A stretch of 37,208 nucleotides of DNA from Clostridia bacterium. Its GTDB lineage: Bacteria > Bacillota > Clostridia > Christensenellales > UBA1242. The notes under the pieces were generated by a model. It was not told where the DNA came from, made no database searches, and saw only the letters and a program-made list of their open reading frames with translations. The DNA lies in NCBI GenBank assembly GCA_045588795.1, contig JAZNEY010000054.1:1-37208 (forward strand), read 5' to 3'. Below are positions 30,659 through 37,208 of the stretch, one piece after another. The translations under genes were made by a program, and so were the position numbers. How positions within the stretch are numbered: position 1 is the first letter of the stretch; each line of letters opens with the position of its first letter.

Positions 30659-30680
30659 TTATTTTATGTGAGGAAATTTT

Positions 30681-32426
30681 ATGTTTAAACTTTTGAAGAA
30701 TTTAAAAAAGACAGATTTTTTCTATTTGTTTTTTGCGGTCGCTTTTATTGTTTTACAAGTTTGGCTTGATTTGACTCTTCCAGACTATACCGCTAAACTT
30801 ACAGAAGAAATTCAAAGGTCCGGAACAATATCTATGGCTGTTGTTTGGAATAATGGATTTATGATGCTCCTTTGTGCACTTGGGAGTATGCTTTCGGCTT
30901 TCGCTTGTGGTTTTTGCACAATTAAAGTCGCAAGTTCTTTTTCATACTATACTCGGGAGAAAATGTTTTCAAAGGTTGCCTCTTTTTCAAGTTTTGAGAT
31001 GAAAAAGTTTGGCACCCCTAGTTTGATTACAAGAACAACTAATGATATTAATCAAGTCCATATGTTTTTGGCTCTTGGCTTTCAAATGCTAATTAAGGCG
31101 CCGGTGCTTGCCACTTGGGCTATCTGTAAAATATCTGCAACCAGTCCAGAGTGGACAAAGGCAACTATTGCTTTTATTCTTGTTATATTGATTGTGGTGG
31201 CTATTTGTATTTCTCTGTGCTTGCCTAAGTTTAAGAAAATGCAGTCGCTGACAGATAACCTAAATAGTGCAACCCGTGAAAGTGTGTCGGGTGTTCGTGT
31301 TGTTCGAGCTTTTAATGCTGAAAAATATCAAGAGGGAAAATTTGATGAGGCAAATGTTGCTCTTACAAAATCTGGACTATTCACTTCAAGGGTTATGGGT
31401 ATTTTGTCGCCTGTTATTTCACTTTGCTTGAATGGGCTTTCTCTTGCTATTTATTGGATAGGGGCTTACCTTATAAGTTCAACCGTGATAAGCGAAAGGG
31501 CTGTCGTTTTTGGGAAGATGATGTCATTTATGCAATATGGTATTCAAACAGTTGTTGCATTTATGATGCTTGTTATGATTTTCATTGTTCTTCCAAGAGC
31601 GCTGGTTTCTGCAAAAAGAATTAATGAAGTTCTTGATGAGGTGCCAGTAATCGACTCAAATGAAAGCGGTGAAACTGAAAGTGATAGTGCTGGCGTTATT
31701 GAATTTAAAAATGTAGATTTTCGCTATTATGATGGGGCGGAGGATTGTATCTCAAATTTATCATTTAAAGCAAACAAAGGTGAAACGGTTGCAATAATTG
31801 GTGCAACAGGGTCTGGTAAAACCACGGTTATTGACCTTATCCCAAGATTTTATGATGTAACTGGTGGGGCGGTTTTGGTTGATAACAAAGATGTTCGAGA
31901 TTACAACTTTGAACGCTTGCAAGAAAAAGTTGCGGTTGTTTCGCAAAAAGCGGTTTTGTTTAAGGGTGATATAAGAGGCAATGTCGCTTATGGCTCAGAA
32001 GTTGTTGATGATGAAAAAATTATACAGGCTTTGAAACTTGCAAAAGCCGATTTCGTGTTTGAACTTGATGATGGGCTTTCTTCTAATGTCGCACAAGGTG
32101 GCACGAACTTTTCGGGCGGGCAAAAACAAAGACTTTCTATCGCAAGGGCTATTTATAAAGATGCTGAGATTATTATCTTTGATGATAGTTTTTCTGCTCT
32201 CGACTATAAAACTGATATGGAAGTTCGGGCAAACATTAAAGAAAATTTTGATGAGAAAACTATTATAATTGTTGCTCAAAGAATTGGCACTATTAAAAAT
32301 GCGGATAAGATTCTAGTGCTTGATGAGGGCAAACTTGTCGATTGTGGAACTCACGAGTATTTGCTTGAAAATTGTGCTCTATATAAAGAAATTGCCCTTT
32401 CACAATTAACTAGGGAGGAACTGTAA
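30681..32426 (+). CDS. ABC exporter permease/ATPase half-transporter; Walker B is followed by Asp instead of the catalytic Glu (degenerate-site subunit)
   Basis: Six-helix TMD followed by an NBD. Walker A GATGSGKTT, signature FSGGQKQRLSIARA, Walker B IIIFDDS (nt ~32181-32189). Confidence 0.9.
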   Translation: MFKLLKNLKKTDFFYLFFAVAFIVLQVWLDLTLPDYTAKLTEEIQRSGTISMAVVWNNGFMMLLCALGSMLSAFACGFCTIKVASSFSYYTREKMFSKVASFSSFEMKKFGTPSLITRTTNDINQVHMFLALGFQMLIKAPVLATWAICKISATSPEWTKATIAFILVILIVVAICISLCLPKFKKMQSLTDNLNSATRESVSGVRVVRAFNAEKYQEGKFDEANVALTKSGLFTSRVMGILSPVISLCLNGLSLAIYWIGAYLISSTVISERAVVFGKMMSFMQYGIQTVVAFMMLVMIFIVLPRALVSAKRINEVLDEVPVIDSNESGETESDSAGVIEFKNVDFRYYDGAEDCISNLSFKANKGETVAIIGATGSGKTTVIDLIPRFYDVTGGAVLVDNKDVRDYNFERLQEKVAVVSQKAVLFKGDIRGNVAYGSEVVDDEKIIQALKLAKADFVFELDDGLSSNVAQGGTNFSGGQKQRLSIARAIYKDAEIIIFDDSFSALDYKTDMEVRANIKENFDEKTIIIVAQRIGTIKNADKILVLDEGKLVDCGTHEYLLENCALYKEIALSQLTREEL

Positions 32427-32427
32427 T

Positions 32428-34242
32428 ATGGCTGGAATGATGGGTGGCGGTCCACGAATGAAAGGTGGTCGCCCTGAAAAACTTGACTTTGGTGCTCTAA
32501 AAAGAGTCATTAAATATTCAAAACCTTATTATCTGTCGGTTGTGCTAAGTTTGATTTTTGCTTGTCTTGGTGCAGTTGCAACTATTATTGGCCCTGATAA
32601 AATTAGTGAAATTGCGGACATTATTGGAGTTTGTGTAAAGTTTGGGGTTCCTATGAATATTGATGGAGTGCTTCAAATTTGTTATTTGCTGGTTGTGATT
32701 TATGCTCTTGGTGGGATATGCTCTTATGCTCAGCAATTCATTATGAATACTATAACTCAAAAAATGTCTAAAAGACTTAGAAATGATATAAGCGAAAAAA
32801 TAAATAGGTTGCCTCTTTCGTATTTTGATGGGACAACCAAAGGCGATATTTTGAGTCGTGTTACTAATGATGTCGATATGATTGCTCATACTTTAAGTTC
32901 ATCAGTTGCCAATCTTTTAAGTGCACTTGTGCTTTTTGTGGGCGTAACTTTTATGATGTTTAGGGCAAATTGGATTCTTGCTCTTGTTACAATCTTTACT
33001 GCGGTTGTTGGCTTTGTGTGTATGACAATTATTATCGCAAAATCTCAAAAGTTTGTTAATAAAAGGCAAGAATATATCGGCGATATCAATGGACATATTG
33101 AAGAGGTTTATTCAAATCATCACGCAGTGAAATCTTATAATGCGGTCGATAATGAAAAAGCAAGATTTAAAGCACACAATGACAATATCCTAAATGTTGA
33201 GTGGAAAGCAGGGTTTTTGTCGGGTTTGATGCACCCGATTATGCTTTTCGTTGGAAATTTGTCATATGTATTGATTTTTGTGGTTGGTGTTGCTTTAATC
33301 AATGCCGGAAGTACAGCAGTTTCAATTGGAACGCTTATCTCGTTTACTATCTATTCAAGGCTTTTCAGTCAACCGCTTCAAACTTTTGGACAGAGTATGT
33401 CGCACCTGCAACAGTGTTCTGCCTCTTCTAAAAGGGTTTTCGAAATGCTTGATGAGAAAGAAATGGAAAATGAAGAACACAAAACTCTTTACCTTGACCC
33501 AAGGAATGTTAGAGGTGATGTAGAGTTTCAAAATGTTAGGTTTGGCTATAATGATAGCGAAGTTGTTATTAAAGATTTCTCTGGAAAGTTTAGTGCTGGG
33601 CAAAAGGTCGCAATCGTTGGGCCGACGGGAGCCGGGAAAACGACACTCGTAAATCTTTTAATGAGGTTTTACGAAACAGACTCGGGAGAAATTAAAATTG
33701 ATGGCGTTTCAACAAAAGACTTGACCCGCTCGAATGTTCACAGCCTTTTCGATATGATACTTCAAGATACTTGGCTTTTTGGGGGAACTCTTCGAGAAAA
33801 TCTTGTCTATAATAAGCCTGGTGTGTCAGATGAAACTCTAGAAGTTGTATGCGGGGCGGTGGGCTTGAAACACTTCGTTGATACTCTTCCAAATAGGTTC
33901 GATACCGTGCTTGATGAAAACACTTCGCTTTCAGAAGGTCAAAAGCAACAAATTACTATTGCAAGGGCTATGATTAAAAATTCGCCTCTTTTGATTTTAG
34001 ATGAGGCGACTAGCAATGTCGACACAAGAACGGAAATTGTTATTCAAGAGGCTATGGATAAACTCCTCTCTGGCAGAACTTCTTTTGTCATTGCTCACAG
34101 GCTTTCAACTATTAAAAATGCAGATGTTATTTTGGTTTTAAAAGATGGCGATATTGTTGAACAGGGTAGTCACGAAGAATTGCTTAGCAAAAATGGGTTC
34201 TATGCTGAACTTTATAACAGTCAATTTGCTGATTTTGATTAG
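32428..34242 (+). CDS. ABC exporter permease/ATPase half-transporter (consensus Walker B Glu, non-canonical signature LSEGQ)
   Basis: Walker A GPTGAGKTT, signature LSEGQKQQITIARA (~33928-33942), Walker B LLILDEATS. Starts 1 nt after the partner's stop. Confidence 0.9.
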   Translation: MAGMMGGGPRMKGGRPEKLDFGALKRVIKYSKPYYLSVVLSLIFACLGAVATIIGPDKISEIADIIGVCVKFGVPMNIDGVLQICYLLVVIYALGGICSYAQQFIMNTITQKMSKRLRNDISEKINRLPLSYFDGTTKGDILSRVTNDVDMIAHTLSSSVANLLSALVLFVGVTFMMFRANWILALVTIFTAVVGFVCMTIIIAKSQKFVNKRQEYIGDINGHIEEVYSNHHAVKSYNAVDNEKARFKAHNDNILNVEWKAGFLSGLMHPIMLFVGNLSYVLIFVVGVALINAGSTAVSIGTLISFTIYSRLFSQPLQTFGQSMSHLQQCSASSKRVFEMLDEKEMENEEHKTLYLDPRNVRGDVEFQNVRFGYNDSEVVIKDFSGKFSAGQKVAIVGPTGAGKTTLVNLLMRFYETDSGEIKIDGVSTKDLTRSNVHSLFDMILQDTWLFGGTLRENLVYNKPGVSDETLEVVCGAVGLKHFVDTLPNRFDTVLDENTSLSEGQKQQITIARAMIKNSPLLILDEATSNVDTRTEIVIQEAMDKLLSGRTSFVIAHRLSTIKNADVILVLKDGDIVEQGSHEELLSKNGFYAELYNSQFADFD

Positions 34243-34261
34243 TTATAGATAATTTTTGATT

Positions 34262-34297
34262 ACGACTCACCGGTTTATTTGGTGGGTCGTTTTTTTT
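34262..34297 (+). terminator. Intrinsic terminator after the ABC operon
   Basis: acgactcacc / ggtgggtcgt stem (one G-U) followed by ttttttt. Confidence 0.8.
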
Positions 34298-34305
34298 GTA
34301 AAAAG

Positions 34306-34334
34306 TTGATTTGTTTACAAATTTGTGGTATAAT
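34306..34334 (+). promoter_or_regulatory. Promoter of the first repeat-protein gene
   Basis: TTGATT, 17-nt spacer, TGgTATAAT (extended -10). Confidence 0.6.
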
Positions 34335-34362
34335 ATAGCAAAATATATTAAGGGGTGTATAT

Positions 34363-35277
34363 ATGGCAAATATAAATGGTATGATTGTTACAAAGGAAGA
34401 TATTAATAATTATGTTGCACTGGGTGGGTCTTTGGATCTATTGTCGGAAGAACAATTGAGTTGTATTGAACAAAAAAGTATTGAACAATATGTGGAAAAC
34501 GGTGGAAGTTTGGACTCTCTTACACGAAAACAGCGAAAAGAGGTTCGAGAAGTAATCAGAACTATGGATATTCCGAGTAGTTTTGATTTGAGTGGTCTTT
34601 CTGCGGAAGAGAGAAAAGCAGTTTCGCAAGAAAGAATAAATCAATATGTGGCAAATGGTGGTAATTTGAGTGGTCTTTCTGCGGAAGAAAGAAAAGCACT
34701 CCCACAAGAAAGCATAAATCAATATGTTGCAAATGGTGGGGATATTAGTATGCTTACAAAAGAAGAGAGGTCGGCGGTTCCATTAGAATGTAAAAAACTA
34801 TACATTGTGAATCAAGGTAATCTTGAACACTTGACAGAAGATGAAAAGGTGTACAGCCCCGTAGGGATTCTTATTGCAAAAGCTTCTGGTGGGTGTCCGA
34901 ACATTGAAAGAAAAGAGTATGAGGCACAAGGTGGTAATTGTGATGATTTTGAAGTTGATGAAAGAATGGTTGATTCTTTGATTTTATTTGCATCAGGTAA
35001 ATTAAAGAGTGATGACTTGCCATCTTCAATTTTTGTGAATTATGCAACAAGAAAAACCTTGCTTAGAATTATTAAGGCTAAGAATGTGAATGATTTCTAT
35101 AAACAATACAATAAAAAGAAGCGAAAAGGCGCTATTGAAGATAAAATAATGAGGGGTTTAGAGGAAAAGTATGCTGAAATAGAGTCGGCTGTAATTCGTA
35201 GACAACTTGAAGTAATTGATGAGTATGAAACATTGGCACAAGAAAGAAAGAGTGCTATGGTTGAAGAAAATCAATAG
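34363..35277 (+). CDS. 26-residue tandem-repeat protein (about 6 units) with a conserved C-terminal domain; hypothetical
   Basis: Units such as ESINQYVANGGDISMLTKEERSAVPL. Own promoter (34306-34334), GGGGTG SD, paralogue at 35462. Confidence 0.8.
   Translation: MANINGMIVTKEDINNYVALGGSLDLLSEEQLSCIEQKSIEQYVENGGSLDSLTRKQRKEVREVIRTMDIPSSFDLSGLSAEERKAVSQERINQYVANGGNLSGLSAEERKALPQESINQYVANGGDISMLTKEERSAVPLECKKLYIVNQGNLEHLTEDEKVYSPVGILIAKASGGCPNIERKEYEAQGGNCDDFEVDERMVDSLILFASGKLKSDDLPSSIFVNYATRKTLLRIIKAKNVNDFYKQYNKKKRKGAIEDKIMRGLEEKYAEIESAVIRRQLEVIDEYETLAQERKSAMVEENQ
34396..34863 (+). repeat. 78-bp coding tandem repeat array, about 6 units (third unit degenerate)
   Basis: 26-aa periodicity. The exact 23-mer ttgagtggtctttctgcggaaga occurs twice, 78 bp apart. 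Confidence 0.8.
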
Positions 35278-35360
35278 GTTTAGTTGGAAAAATAACAGAA
35301 AAACGTTACTTTATAATGGTTAGTTTGCAGATTTTGATTAGTTATAGATAATTTTTGATT

Positions 35361-35396
35361 ACGACTCACCGGTTTATTTGGTGGGTCGTGTTTTTT
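35361..35396 (+). terminator. Duplicated copy of the ABC terminator, now terminating the first repeat-protein gene
   Basis: Same hairpin as 34262-34297, followed by gtttttt. Confidence 0.75.
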
Positions 35397-35404
35397 GTAA
35401 AAAG

Positions 35405-35433
35405 TTGATTTGTTTACAAATTTGTGGTATAAT
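35405..35433 (+). promoter_or_regulatory. Promoter of the second repeat-protein gene (duplicate of 34306-34334)
   Basis: TTGATT, 17-nt spacer, TGgTATAAT; identical sequence. Confidence 0.6.
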
Positions 35434-35461
35434 ATAGCAAAATATATTAAGGGGTGAATTT

Positions 35462-36787
35462 ATGGCGAATATAAATGGTATGGTTGTTACAAAGGAAGAT
35501 GTTAATAAGTATGTTGCACTTGGTGGAGATATATCTTTATTGACAGTCGAGCAATTGGTTTGGGTAGAACAGGAAAGTATAAATAAATATGTGTCAAATG
35601 GTGGCAATTTGCGTAGTATTCCAACTGATAAGCGAAAAGCAGTTCCCCAAGAATGCATAAATCAATATGTGGCAAATGGTGGAGATCTTTATGTCCTTAC
35701 GGCAGAAGAGAGGAAAGCAGTTTCCCAAGAAAGCATAAATCAATATGTGGTAAATGGTGGTCATTTGGGTCTTCTTACAGTTGAGCAGAGGGCTGGAGTT
35801 CCCCAAGAATGCATAAATCAATATGTGGCAAATGGTGGAGATCTTTATGCCCTTACAGAAGAAGAGAGGAAAGCAGTTTCCCAAGAAAGCATAAACCAAT
35901 ATGTAGCAAATGGTGGAAACCTTGATATCCTTACAGCAGAAGAGAGAAAAGCAGTTTCCCAAGAAAGCATAAACCAATATGTAGCAAATGGTGGAAACCT
36001 TGATATCCTTACAGCAGAAGAGAGAAAGGCAGTTCCACAAGAAAGCATAAATGGAAATGTGGTAAATCGTGGATATTTTGATCTTTTTACAGAAGAAGAG
36101 CGAAAAGCAGTTCCGCAAAAATGCATAAATCAATATGTAGCAAATGGTGGTTGGCTGGAAGATCTTAACCCAGAAGAGAGAAAGGCTCTTCCACAAGAAT
36201 GTATAAATCAATATGTAGCAAATGGTGGATGCCTTGATGTCCTTACAGAAGAAGAGCGAAAAGCAGTTTCAGAAGAATCTAAAAAATTATACATTTTTTA
36301 TGGTAAAAGTGTTGAGGATCTTCCCGAAGAAGAAGGAGTTGGCAGGCTGTGGTATACTTATGCAACAATGTCTAAATCACCTCGTCGTTTTTATCGTGAA
36401 ACTAGCGCAAGTGAAGGTGCGAATTTGGGTGTTCTAAGAGAACACCTCAATCCTGATGCTGAAGCGACAAATTCTTTAATTTTATATGCATCAGGAAAAA
36501 TTAAAAGTGAAGATTTGCCATCATCAGTTTTTTTCTATACAGAAACAAGAGAATCTTTACTTAACATTATTAAGAATAACAATATTGACAAGTTTAATAA
36601 ACTATGTGACAAAATGGGGTATACAGATGTTGTTCCAGATGATGTAATTAGTCACTTTGAAGATAAATGTGCCGAAATAGAGAATGATGTGGTTCGCAGA
36701 CAACTTGAAGCGATTGATGAGTTTGTGGCATTAGCACAAGATAAGAAAAAGGCCACAGTTGAAGAAATTCAAGAATGGAGTTGGTAA
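35462..36787 (+). CDS. 26-residue tandem-repeat protein (10 clean units plus 1 degenerate) with a conserved C-terminal domain; hypothetical
   Basis: Units ESINQYVANGGNLDILTAEERKAVSQ. The C-terminal blocks LILYASGKIKSEDLPSS and VVRRQLEAIDEF are shared with 34363..35277. The upstream region is duplicated. Confidence 0.8.
   Translation: MANINGMVVTKEDVNKYVALGGDISLLTVEQLVWVEQESINKYVSNGGNLRSIPTDKRKAVPQECINQYVANGGDLYVLTAEERKAVSQESINQYVVNGGHLGLLTVEQRAGVPQECINQYVANGGDLYALTEEERKAVSQESINQYVANGGNLDILTAEERKAVSQESINQYVANGGNLDILTAEERKAVPQESINGNVVNRGYFDLFTEEERKAVPQKCINQYVANGGWLEDLNPEERKALPQECINQYVANGGCLDVLTEEERKAVSEESKKLYIFYGKSVEDLPEEEGVGRLWYTYATMSKSPRRFYRETSASEGANLGVLREHLNPDAEATNSLILYASGKIKSEDLPSSVFFYTETRESLLNIIKNNNIDKFNKLCDKMGYTDVVPDDVISHFEDKCAEIENDVVRRQLEAIDEFVALAQDKKKATVEEIQEWSW
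35495..36274 (+). repeat. 78-bp coding tandem repeat array, 10 units
   Basis: 26-aa periodicity. Units 6 and 7 (35885-35962 and 35963-36040) are 75/78 identical. Confidence 0.9.
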
Positions 36788-36789
36788 GT

Positions 36790-36897
36790 ATGAATAGAGC
36801 AGATTTTAATAGATATATGAATAAAAAATTTGATAAAATGATTGCAAAACTTTGTCCAAAACCAGTAGAAAAAGAAGTTAAGGACAACAAGAAATAA
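36790..36897 (+). CDS. Possible small basic protein (35 aa, MNRADFNRYMNKKFDKMIAKLCPKPVEKEVKDNKK)
   Basis: The ATG lies 2 nt after the repeat-protein stop, with GGAG 9 nt upstream. Below the ORF-track length cutoff; no other support. Confidence 0.25.
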   Translation: MNRADFNRYMNKKFDKMIAKLCPKPVEKEVKDNKK

Positions 36898-36927
36898 TCA
36901 TTTAAACTATGTTTTACAATGAAAATT

Positions 36928-37208
36928 TCAATTGAAAATAATTAAAGTGAATAAAAACAGGGGTGGGTTTTTCCGTACTCTGTTTTTATTTGCTATTATT
37001 GACTTTTTTAATTCTTCATTGTCTGTTGATTGAGCTAATTTACCTAATTCATCATAACAATATTGAACTGCTAAAACATTATCTGCTTTATCAACATATT
37101 TATCTCCACCGCGATTTACTCTTGCTTCGATATTTGCAAAACAAGTTAAAATTGCCATTTCAATATCAACAGCATATTCTCTTGGAAATTTTGGATTCTT
37201 ACATAAAT
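36928..37208 (-). CDS. Hypothetical protein, N-terminus probably outside the window
   Basis: The minus-strand frame stays open upstream of the listed ATG (37158) to the window end (..LCKNPKFPREYAVDIEMAIL..). Ends in TGA. The hydrophobic tail overlaps a hairpin-like sequence, so the 3' end is uncertain. Confidence 0.4.
   Translation of the reverse strand, partial: LCKNPKFPREYAVDIEMAILTCFANIEARVNRGGDKYVDKADNVLAVQYCYDELGKLAQSTDNEELKKSIIANKNRVRKNPPLFLFTLIIFN

Larger units (their letters stand above)
34209..34362 (+). repeat. Copy 1 of the duplicated junction: last ~34 nt of the ABC gene, terminator, promoter and SD
   Basis: Aligns without gaps to 35308-35461 at a constant offset of 1099 bp. About 96 percent identical over 34225-34362. 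Confidence 0.9.
35308..35461 (+). repeat. Copy 2 of the duplicated junction, containing a non-coding relic of the ABC gene 3' end (..tttgcagattttgattag)
   Basis: See copy 1. The relic keeps the TAG and the preceding actttataa block but has no ABC gene upstream. Confidence 0.9.

Noticed and set aside
35594-36211. 205-aa antisense ORF with its own apparent repeat structure (..ICHILIYAFLGNCF..)
   Set aside because: It is the reverse complement of the 78-bp coding repeats. The periodicity is inherited from the + strand gene, which has a promoter, an SD and a paralogue.
36648-36890. 80-aa minus-strand ORF overlapping the end of the second repeat-protein gene
   Set aside because: It overlaps a supported + strand CDS, has no RBS, and has hydrophobic low-complexity composition typical of antisense frames.

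Overview
Low-GC bacterial chromosome segment read in the standard genetic code (TGG is the only Trp codon; housekeeping ORFs are intact), almost entirely + strand. I cannot name the organism; promoter style (TTGxxx-17-TGnTAxAAT) and gene content look Bacillota/Mycoplasmatota-like. The window has three parts. (1) nt 1-17.5k is an operon-like run of four very large genes. These are a 5'-truncated membrane protein of at least 1355 aa, and a VirB4-family type IV secretion ATPase. The ATPase has a fused VirB3/PrgI-like two-helix N-terminus and an odd ~250-aa acidic plus GFTP/PKPAPA-repeat tail. Next come a 2291-aa polytopic membrane protein ending in a CxxC..CxxC zinc ribbon, and a 944-aa paralogue of it. 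The three non-ATPase proteins share one recognisable C-terminal transmembrane module. The window shows no relaxase, coupling protein, VirB8-like protein, wall hydrolase, integrase or tRNA. The block ends at a bidirectional terminator directly against fba. This is my candidate for the undescribed system: a stripped-down, highly divergent T4SS-like machine built from expanded proteins in the VirB6 position. (2) 17.6-26.3k is housekeeping: fba, an orphan gene, an E. coli/eukaryote-type gapA, a zinc-ribbon/TM2 protein, mnmA, trpS, two small ORFs and archaeal-type proS. (3) 26.5-37.2k looks accessory. It holds two tandem paralogous sigma-70-like proteins with long C-terminal extensions, followed by a degenerate 43-bp triplication of the second gene's 3' end. 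Then come an EEP-family protein and a heterodimeric ABC exporter with one degenerate ATP site. The exporter is preceded by a terminator-like leader hairpin containing a 12-codon mini-ORF. Last is a tandemly duplicated gene pair encoding proteins built from 26-residue (78-bp) repeats. All functional calls rest on motifs I recognise by eye; no database search was possible.
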